The translations under genes were made by a program, and so were the position numbers. The notes beneath the pieces were generated by a model that saw only the letters and a list, made by a program, of their open reading frames with translations, was not told where the DNA came from and ran no database searches. DNA of 64,000 nucleotides from an uncultured Phycisphaeraceae bacterium (GTDB lineage: Bacteria; Planctomycetota; Phycisphaerae; UBA1845), in NCBI GenBank assembly GCA_964494205.1, contig CAZBRD010000012.1, forward strand, positions 49,086-113,085, in the 5' to 3' direction. Below, piece after piece: positions 8,538-15,910 of the stretch (the stretch's first letter is position 1; each line of letters opens with the position of its first letter).

Positions 8538-9022
8538 ATGCAGCTGGCGTTAACAAAGAGCGCGCACTGTTCAGAATGTTTGGTTGCGCACTGATATGCA
8601 TCTTTCAGCTGGGATGCGCAGTCTGTGGCCATTACAACTATGGATACACCGTTGAGGGAGAATTGGCTTACGAGAGTGCTGACATTGGCGACCTGAGGTT
8701 CCTTCGCTTTGTTCTGAAAAGGGGTGGAGTTTCGATCGTTCAGGACGTGATGGAGTTGTCCACTGAAACGGCTGATGGCCGTTTTCAGTTGTTATTGCCC
8801 GAAAAAACCTGCGATCGATGTGCGATTCTTGGGATATTCCGGTCTTCATTCGAATGCGGAGAGACTCTTACAGTACCCGATGAAATCGAGATCAGAGCAG
8901 TCTATCGACAATGCGAGCAGAGTATTTCAATATCGTTTTCTACAGAAACTGTTACGGACTTGAGTTTTCCAGAAGAAGTAATCACCTTGCGTGATCCAGT
9001 TGTTATCAATCGATGCGACTGA
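8534..9022 (+). CDS. Cys-rich putative lipoprotein, paralog A
   Basis: The ATG overlaps the dinB-like stop (ATGA). Lipobox-like FQLGC. Clear paralogy to 9124-9675 (YGY.VEG, DGRFQ..LPE..C..C, LTVPD, C-terminal CD). Confidence 0.55.
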   Translation: MNAAGVNKERALFRMFGCALICIFQLGCAVCGHYNYGYTVEGELAYESADIGDLRFLRFVLKRGGVSIVQDVMELSTETADGRFQLLLPEKTCDRCAILGIFRSSFECGETLTVPDEIEIRAVYRQCEQSISISFSTETVTDLSFPEEVITLRDPVVINRCD

Positions 9023-9123
9023 CAGGACTCGATTTAAACGATCAGACATTTAACTAGTTGAGGATAGCCCGCTGAGACTTGAACTCATTGATCACGTACT
9101 GCACGCAAGGAGGCAGGGGCGTA

Positions 9124-9675
9124 ATGTTACCGCATAACTTGGACAGCATGCCCGTTTCTTCGCACCAAAGAACGCGCTGGGGGTTGATAGTCTCTGCCAA
9201 GACACGATTGGCGTTTACCGTCGGTGGTTGTTGTCTTTTGTGCGGAATTCTTTCTTCCTGCGCTTGTGGGATCGGTTTTTACGGTTACCAGGTTGAAGGC
9301 CAATTCATCGACGCTGCCCCCGAATTGGGCCAAATCACCGATCTAAGGTGTTCAATCAATCGTCAAGGGGAAACAATTGAAGTCGATCTAATTCCATTCC
9401 CCTTGGAGTCTACCGATGGTCGATTTCAAATTTGGCTCCCGGAAAACGTCTGTGAATCCTGCAAGTTCCTCGGCCTGATAGGCCCTTCAACTACTGGTTG
9501 TGACGACCCACTTACACTTACCGTACCCGATCAATTCGAATGCACTGTGAGGCGAGAGCAGTGCCAGCAAAGGATCGTCGTCGACCTCAACGAAGAAACC
9601 GTCTTGGATACGACATACCCTGAGAACATTATTGAGCTACGATTACCTATTGTTGGGAATGCGTGCGATGAGTGA
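9124..9675 (+). CDS. Cys-rich putative lipoprotein, paralog B
   Basis: ATG at 9124 lies 10 nt after AAGGAGG. Lipobox-like ILSSC. Paralog of 8534-9022. Confidence 0.55.
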   Translation: MLPHNLDSMPVSSHQRTRWGLIVSAKTRLAFTVGGCCLLCGILSSCACGIGFYGYQVEGQFIDAAPELGQITDLRCSINRQGETIEVDLIPFPLESTDGRFQIWLPENVCESCKFLGLIGPSTTGCDDPLTLTVPDQFECTVRREQCQQRIVVDLNEETVLDTTYPENIIELRLPIVGNACDE

Positions 9676-9705
9676 TTTTGAAGCAAACGCGGAGACCGGA
9701 CTACA

Positions 9706-10434
9706 TTACCTCGTGCCAAATTCGCGCACAGCCTGCTGCACTCGCGAATAGACCGTGTCCGCGTCGCCTCCCCCATCGACTGACACTACCTGTCGCGGGT
9801 AATACTTGTGAACTTCGCGGAACATTTGTCGGACTTTGCGATGAAACTCGATCGACCGTGCTTCCATCGCGTCGGGTTTGTCCTTCACGTTGCCTTCGGC
9901 GAACGGCAGCGCCTGACCCTGATCCGATGCTTTTCTCCGCTTGCCCGCCTGAGACGCGCGACGCCCGATGCGACCAAACCCTTCGTCGGGCTCAACATCG
10001 ATCGCGATCGTCAAATCCGGCCACGTCTTATCAATCGCAAATTGCGCAAGCTCAATCACGCGCTTCGGGTCGTAACCCGCTGCCCCTTGGTAAGCACAAG
10101 TGGCTGTCACGAATCGATCGCACAGAACCGTCTTGCCCGACGCCAGCGCGGGGCGAATAATCTCGCCGACAAGCTGTGCGCGCGAAGCCATGAAGAGCAG
10201 CGTCTCGCACGCGACATCCATAATGCTCAAGTCGTAATCGAGAAGGACGGACCGAATGCGATCGCCGATCAGCGTACCGCCCGGATCGCGGCATAACACG
10301 ACAGACAGGTCGTGGCGCGCGAGCTCGTCAGCCAGTCGCTGTCGCTGCGTGGACTTGCCCGCGCCGTCCGGTCCATCGAAGACGATGAACTTCCCGCGCA
10401 GCGAATCCGCCTCTTTCCGTGTGAGATCAGCCAT
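9706..10434 (-). CDS. tmk: dTMP (thymidylate) kinase
   Basis: P-loop FIVFDGPDGAGKSTQ, a DR(F/Y) motif and typical length. Confidence 0.9.
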   Translation of the reverse strand: MADLTRKEADSLRGKFIVFDGPDGAGKSTQRQRLADELARHDLSVVLCRDPGGTLIGDRIRSVLLDYDLSIMDVACETLLFMASRAQLVGEIIRPALASGKTVLCDRFVTATCAYQGAAGYDPKRVIELAQFAIDKTWPDLTIAIDVEPDEGFGRIGRRASQAGKRRKASDQGQALPFAEGNVKDKPDAMEARSIEFHRKVRQMFREVHKYYPRQVVSVDGGGDADTVYSRVQQAVREFGTR

Positions 10435-10765
10435 GACCTACGATGTTCCGTGCCTGCTTTTCAATTCGAGTGAACGACCATTCATTCGCGAGCCGCATCT
10501 TAGCACGATCCGTCGACGGACCAACCGGATTTTTGGCCATGAATTGACTCACTTCTGGCCGACCTTAGAAAGAGTTGCGACGCGAAATGATCTGCTTATG
10601 ATTATTCACATTGTGAATTGACGAGCCGACCCTTGGCGCGGGAGCCCGCTCGTCAAAAACGCGTCGAACGTTCTTGTTGCAAGGAGGCACCTGCATTGAC
10701 GCTGACCAATCGCAATCAGACCGCACGCATACCCCGTCGATTGATTAGACCATGTCATAATATTT

Positions 10766-10803
10766 CCCTCTCCCTCTTAGGGAGAGGGCAGGGTGAGGGT
10801 CTC
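10766..10803 (+). repeat. REP-B hairpin repeat
   Basis: CCCTCTCCCTCTTAGGGAGAGGGCAGGGTGAGGGTCTC, upstream of dacB. Confidence 0.9.
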
Positions 10804-10857
10804 TTGAGTTACTATGGCGCGGTTTTGTTAAAGGCAATTCTTCCGATTCACGTGTGC

Positions 10858-12339
10858 ATGGCACTCGCGACCCTTATCGCAGCCACCGCTTGTGCAGCCG
10901 CTGATAACAAGGCTGATCGATCGCCGTCCAAACCACAAACACGATCAGCGACGGCCACGCCAAGCCTCGCGTCGCAACTTGCATCGCTGATGAATCGCCC
11001 GCCGCATGCGCAAGCTCTTGGCTCGGCCTGTGTCATCGACCTGAAAACCGGCGCGACGGTGTTCGAGCACAATGCGGACGCCGCCCTCGTTCCAGCCAGC
11101 AACATGAAAGTCTTCGCGATGGCCGCTGCGTTGATAGAACTCGGCACAGACTTTCAATTTCAAACGTATCTCGCCACCGATGGCCGAAACCTGCTGCTCA
11201 TCGGCGACGGTGACCCGGGGTTGGGCGATGAAAAACTCGCGGGGCGGCACGGTGAATCGTCGACGGCTGTATTCGATCGCTTCGCCGGTTCGCTGATCAA
11301 ACGTAACCTGCGAAACATCCCCGGTGATTTGATCTACGATGATTCCATTTTCGACAATCAGCGCATCCATGATTCATGGGAATCGGAAGACATCGGCAAG
11401 TGGTACGCGGCCCCCGTCACCGGCCTCACCGTCAACGACGGTTGTCTCGATATCACGGTCACTCCCGTTGGCAAGCAGAACGCCACGTTCACTGTTTCGA
11501 TGGTGCCGGAAAACTCGTTGGCCAAGATCATCAATGAAGTTCGCTTCGGCGCGAACGGCAGCCCGCTTCTGCACAACATCGGCGGCACGCTGAATTACAG
11601 AATCAGCGGCACTACGAACAAGCGTTACACTTTCGGTCCTGTCGCGTTCGCCGATCCCAGCTTGCTTTGTGCTCACGCGTTGAATTCCGCAATGGCGGAG
11701 AAGAACATCACGCTGCAGGGATCCATCAAACATGGCGTCGTTCGCAATGCCGGCGGGTTCTTGCCCTTGCAAGCACAGATCATCGATGTGCACACAACTT
11801 CGCTGGCTGACGTTTTGAATCGCGCCGGCAAGGACAGTCAGAACCTTTTTGCGGAGTGTTTGTTGAAACGCGCCGGTTATGCGTGGAGCAAACGGAAGGG
11901 CTCGCAACAGCCGGTCGGTAGTTGGTCGACTGGTGCGGAGGCCGTGAAAGAGATGTTGCAAGTCGCGCGCATCAATACGGCTGGTTTGATTGTTGCGGAC
12001 GGTTCGGGACTAAGTCGCGATAACCGCTGCACCGCGCGACAACTGGCTTCGACAAACGCATGGATCAGTAAGTCTGCTTCGAGTGCGCTGTATCGAGATA
12101 GCCTCGCGATCGCGGGCGTCGACGGCTCACTTCGCAAGCGCATGAAAGGCGAAGACGGTCGCATCCGTGGCAAAACAGGAACGATGCGCGGCATTCGCAC
12201 GCTAAGCGGATACATCGACGACGACAACGGCCCGCGCTACGCGTTTGCGATCATGTTCAATAATTACCCCGGCACCAGCGCGCCGTACAAGGATTTGCAG
12301 GACAAGGTGTGCGCGTTGCTTTCTGACTACGCGAATTGA
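10858..12339 (+). CDS. dacB: D-alanyl-D-alanine carboxypeptidase/endopeptidase (PBP4, peptidase S13)
   Basis: SxxK active site (ASNMKVF). C-terminal KTGTMRGIRTLSGY (KTG box). The start was placed downstream of repeat B2 at ATG 10858. A TTG near 10825 is an alternative. Confidence 0.85.
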   Translation: MALATLIAATACAAADNKADRSPSKPQTRSATATPSLASQLASLMNRPPHAQALGSACVIDLKTGATVFEHNADAALVPASNMKVFAMAAALIELGTDFQFQTYLATDGRNLLLIGDGDPGLGDEKLAGRHGESSTAVFDRFAGSLIKRNLRNIPGDLIYDDSIFDNQRIHDSWESEDIGKWYAAPVTGLTVNDGCLDITVTPVGKQNATFTVSMVPENSLAKIINEVRFGANGSPLLHNIGGTLNYRISGTTNKRYTFGPVAFADPSLLCAHALNSAMAEKNITLQGSIKHGVVRNAGGFLPLQAQIIDVHTTSLADVLNRAGKDSQNLFAECLLKRAGYAWSKRKGSQQPVGSWSTGAEAVKEMLQVARINTAGLIVADGSGLSRDNRCTARQLASTNAWISKSASSALYRDSLAIAGVDGSLRKRMKGEDGRIRGKTGTMRGIRTLSGYIDDDNGPRYAFAIMFNNYPGTSAPYKDLQDKVCALLSDYAN

Positions 12340-12404
12340 TCGAACCCGCGGTTAATCGACACATCGGCGTGGCATTAGGCAGAAGGCATTAGGCAATAGA
12401 GTAT

Positions 12405-12432
12405 GAAAAAAAGGTGGGTGCCTAGCACCCAC
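12405..12432 (-). terminator. Rho-independent terminator between convergent dacB and the DUF1559 gene
   Basis: GGTGGGTGC-CTA-GCACCCACC with a 7-nt A-tract on the plus strand, which gives a U-tract for the minus-strand transcript. Confidence 0.65.
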
Positions 12433-12467
12433 CCTACAGGTCGTTTCTCAAAGTTCGTGCCCCAATC

Positions 12468-13568
12468 TCAATCGCTGTCGACGCAATCCTCGTACGATGG
12501 TCGAGCGCCATCATAGACCGCGATGTTCGTTGGGAGCACCGGTGCGGGCAACGTGTCTTTCTGCCAACCTGGCCCGCGAACGATGATGCACGAATAAGTC
12601 GTTTCCGTTGTCTCGTCGCCATTGAACCACGGTGGATAATTGTCCAAGCGCTCATTGCGATAATGTCGCGCATACCCCTCCGAGTTCTCAGTCCCTTCCT
12701 CGTAGATTTTCTGGTATTCCGCGTGACTGTCAGTAAACGCACGGTTGTATGTCCAATCAGCTCCATGCCATCCACGAATGGCTTTCGTCGGTCCGGGATC
12801 TACTCCCGGTGAAACACCCGGCGCCATACACGGATCGTGTCGCGCGGCCCATGCCCAGCGTCCAATGTTTTCTTCATAGAGGATGGTTCGCGCCGGTGTC
12901 GGCACGCGCGTCACGGGTCGAAGATAAGGTGAGTTGGTACCAACTTCATTCGGAAACCCAGTGAGAAAAATGTTGGCTGCATAGCTCGTCCCGAAATTAT
13001 CAAAGGACGATCGTTCCGGATTGTTGATCCAATCTTCGCAGTGCGCGCCGCGGGGCGGGCCGTCATCCCCGGCGCACTTGAACAGGTCGAGATTCATTTT
13101 CGTGTCATTCTCTGCCCCAATTCGATCCCAGGTAGGACGCAAGTTGTCCTTGAACCCACTTGGATAAAGAATGTCGTTCAGCGGTCTGGACGACGGGCCG
13201 AAACCTGCGCGTGTTCCATATTTGCTGTTGAGGAACGCGTACTGCCCGCTACCGCCGCCGCTGGTGAAATCCTGCTTGCCGATGCCGCTCTTGCCGCCGT
13301 ATTCATAGGCGCCGACGAATGTCGGGTTTTGCGGATCTTGGTTGAATTGCAACGGGTGGGCCGGGATGCCCCAGCCTTGCGGATCATCCGCAGCATACAC
13401 GAGACTGCTCGACGCGATGTTCTTGATATGCGCGATGCAGGCTGCCTTCTTGCCCTGTCGACGTGCAGCCTCCAAACTCGGCAGCAGAATCGCCAACAAC
13501 AAGGCGATAATCGCGATGACGACCAGCAACTCAATCAACGTAAACGCGGATGTGCGTCGGTTGTTCAT
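12468..13568 (-). CDS. DUF1559 protein with prepilin-type N-terminal cleavage/methylation domain
   Basis: FTLIELLVVIAIIALLLAILLPSL follows MNNRRTSA. Tandem paralog of 13859-15040. Confidence 0.85.
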   Translation of the reverse strand: MNNRRTSAFTLIELLVVIAIIALLLAILLPSLEAARRQGKKAACIAHIKNIASSSLVYAADDPQGWGIPAHPLQFNQDPQNPTFVGAYEYGGKSGIGKQDFTSGGGSGQYAFLNSKYGTRAGFGPSSRPLNDILYPSGFKDNLRPTWDRIGAENDTKMNLDLFKCAGDDGPPRGAHCEDWINNPERSSFDNFGTSYAANIFLTGFPNEVGTNSPYLRPVTRVPTPARTILYEENIGRWAWAARHDPCMAPGVSPGVDPGPTKAIRGWHGADWTYNRAFTDSHAEYQKIYEEGTENSEGYARHYRNERLDNYPPWFNGDETTETTYSCIIVRGPGWQKDTLPAPVLPTNIAVYDGARPSYEDCVDSD

Positions 13569-13858
13569 TCCTACAGCTCCCTGTCTTAAGTCGCGCGGAC
13601 GGCGCGTCCAATCCCTGCGTTCCCCCAACTTTCGGCCCGTTACGGTCAGTCTCTATCCTAGCAACTCTCCCAAAGGCAACCCAGCCCTACCTTTATCAAC
13701 ACCGCCGGACCGTTCCCGGCGGGCAAAAACGACTGAATTAAGGTCCCTTTGAGCGGATATGTGCCACCATCGGGCAAAGCTTGACCGCAGACCAGCGAAT
13801 TCAGGATTCATCAGTGGTTTTTGGAAACTCGTTAGCAGTTTCCCTTGAAAAAATGGCC

Positions 13859-15040
13859 CTATTCCTGACCGTCGGGGGCAGCCACGCAATCCTCATAGGA
13901 AGGTCGACCAAAGCCGCCGTGCACGAGGCCAGTGTTCAGGGGGATTTGCGGTAATGTGTCCTTCTGCCAGCCATCGCCGCGCACGGTAATACAACCATAA
14001 AACGCGAAATCGCCTGGTGTGCCGTCATGGAACCTTGGCGGGTAGTCCGACAGGAACTCGGACCGGTAATGGCGGAAATAGCCCGGCGACGTGCGTTCCA
14101 TGAGCACCAACTGGGTTTCGACGTGCGTGTCTACGAACGCACGGTTGAAGGTCCAATCCTTACCGTGCCAGCCGCCGATTGTCTTCGTCGGGCCCGGATC
14201 AATTCCCACCCAGGCGCCACAATCCACGTCGTCCTTGGCTGCCCATGCCCAGCGGCCAATGTTCTCCTCTAAGAGCAACGTTCTGGACGGAGTGGGCACG
14301 CGTGTCGCAGGTCGAAGGTAGGGCGAGTTGGTGTACATTTCCCCTGCGCCGACCGAGACCATGAAGATGTTGGCTGCGTAGCTGTTTCCGAAATGGTCGA
14401 ACGAAGATCGCTCCGGGTTGTCGATCCACTCCTGACAATGACCGCCGCGCGGCGGACCGTCATCGCCGGGGCACTTGAACAGATCGAGATTCAACTTGGT
14501 ATCACCTTCCGCGCCGATGCGCTCGAAGGTGGGAAGTAGATTATCCTTGAACCCGCCAGGATAGAGCAGTGTGTTCAGCGGACGCGTGGAAGGACCAAAC
14601 CCGGCTTTGGTTCCGTATTTGCTCGTTAAGAACTCAAACGCACCGCTCGGCCCTGGAACGAAACCCGTTCGACCTACACCGCTCTTGCCCCCCCACTCAT
14701 ACGCGCCGACAAAGGTTGGATTCTTGGGGTCTTGGGTGAATTGCATCGGGTGGACCGGTATGACCCACCCCTGAGGATCGTCTGCCTCGTACGTCTTGCA
14801 CGTCGTCGCGAGGTTCTTGAGATGACTTATGCACGCGGTCTTCTTGGCAGCTTTGCGTGCTGCTTCCAGCGAAGGCAGGAGAATGGCCAGCAAGAGCGCG
14901 ATTATCGCGATAACAACCAGCAACTCGATCAGTGTAAATGCAAGTCGCGTGGATGCACGAATCGCTGAACGAGCGCTGCTCGCGCCGATCTCTTGAGATC
15001 GCAAACGGGCATTTTCCAATGATCGATCAGGCATCGTCAT
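13859..15040 (-). CDS. DUF1559 protein with prepilin-type N-terminal cleavage/methylation domain
   Basis: Same N-terminal FTLIELLVVIAIIALLLAILLPSL. Collinear similarity to 12468-13568 over the full length. Confidence 0.85.
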   Translation of the reverse strand: MTMPDRSLENARLRSQEIGASSARSAIRASTRLAFTLIELLVVIAIIALLLAILLPSLEAARKAAKKTACISHLKNLATTCKTYEADDPQGWVIPVHPMQFTQDPKNPTFVGAYEWGGKSGVGRTGFVPGPSGAFEFLTSKYGTKAGFGPSTRPLNTLLYPGGFKDNLLPTFERIGAEGDTKLNLDLFKCPGDDGPPRGGHCQEWIDNPERSSFDHFGNSYAANIFMVSVGAGEMYTNSPYLRPATRVPTPSRTLLLEENIGRWAWAAKDDVDCGAWVGIDPGPTKTIGGWHGKDWTFNRAFVDTHVETQLVLMERTSPGYFRHYRSEFLSDYPPRFHDGTPGDFAFYGCITVRGDGWQKDTLPQIPLNTGLVHGGFGRPSYEDCVAAPDGQE

Positions 15041-15361
15041 GGAGTTTCGTGATTACTCACTTTTCGAGGGCAGATTCGCGAGCCAGGCAGGGAGGCCCAC
15101 GCGACTTCGTCTGAATGAAAATCGTATCAAATCACGCATGGCCGGTAAAGAATCGCACAGTAATCAACGATTCGCAGCCGTATTTTTCGCCCACAGAAAT
15201 AAATGTCTCAAAGATCTTCGTAATTGCTTCAGACGATTGAGAACTGGCAAGCGGCAGGAGGTCATGATTCTCATTTCGACTACTTGAATTTAGTGCGTTT
15301 TGACTTTTCAACCGCGTTCCTAGCCGCGCCATCGCCGGTTCCGGCACGTTTTTCGATTTTC

Positions 15362-15388
15362 CTCAACTTGCCAAAACATCCGCCGATA
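15362..15388 (+). promoter_or_regulatory. Sigma-28 (FliA) promoter candidate
   Basis: TCAACTTG-N11-GCCGATAA versus the enterobacterial consensus TAAAGTTT-N11-GCCGATAA (8/8 in -10, 5/8 in -35, exact spacing). It lies 118 nt upstream of ATG 15506. Confidence 0.5.
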
Positions 15389-15505
15389 ACCATGGCAGAA
15401 GATGTCGTCCGAGAACGTCGGATACGTTCGCGGGGGCGAAGCCGGGAATACCGGAACGTCCGATAGACTTCGAAATAAGACCCCAAAATCAGGAGAGAAC
15501 CAGAA

Positions 15506-15799
15506 ATGACCAGCTACACCAATTCGAACACCTTCGCCGGCGCCACCACCACGCAGACCGCGGGCAACTGCTGCACGATTCCGTTCGACTGCATCAATGA
15601 GCCCGGTTGCTACGTCTGCAATTGGAGCGGCCACCTCGTCCGCGTTCCGCAGGACGGCGTCGCCCCCGGTCGTTCGCCGCTGCTCAACATCTGCGGTCGC
15701 GAGCCACTCACCGTCACCAAGCTTTGCAACGATCCGTATGTCCCGGTGACCAAGGCCCGCTTGCTGGCTGCCAACTTCAACGTTTTCGTGAACTTCTAA
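15506..15799 (+). CDS. Conserved small protein (97 aa), paralog 1 of the PGCYVC-WSGHLVRV family
   Basis: GGAGAG RBS 8 nt before the ATG. Strong terminator at 15860-15894. Paralog at 55753-56052. Sigma-28-like promoter at 15362-15388. Confidence 0.6.
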   Translation: MTSYTNSNTFAGATTTQTAGNCCTIPFDCINEPGCYVCNWSGHLVRVPQDGVAPGRSPLLNICGREPLTVTKLCNDPYVPVTKARLLAANFNVFVNF

Positions 15800-15859
15800 G
15801 AATGGAGTGTCTGAAGGCCGGCAGGATGTAAGCCTTCAGACGCGAATGGATTCGCAAGT

Positions 15860-15894
15860 GGGCGGGATTTCAAATCCCGCCCGCGTTATTTTTT
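15860..15894 (+). terminator. Rho-independent terminator (possibly bidirectional)
   Basis: GGGCGGGAT-TTCAA-ATCCCGCCC followed by GCGTTATTTTTT, between the convergent small gene and the RND permease. Confidence 0.8.
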
Positions 15895-15910
15895 ACGCAC
15901 AAGCTGAAGC

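Noticed and set aside
10618-10857. An N-terminal 80-aa extension of the dacB ORF. Analogous extensions occur on fliH (45776-45835), fliI (45037-45198), the DinB gene (7830-8027), CDS 4890 (6039-6092) and the TPR gene (55371-55511).
   Set aside because: The extensions run through repeat elements or overlap the upstream gene. Internal ATG codons with better RBS and signal-peptide context give family-typical lengths.
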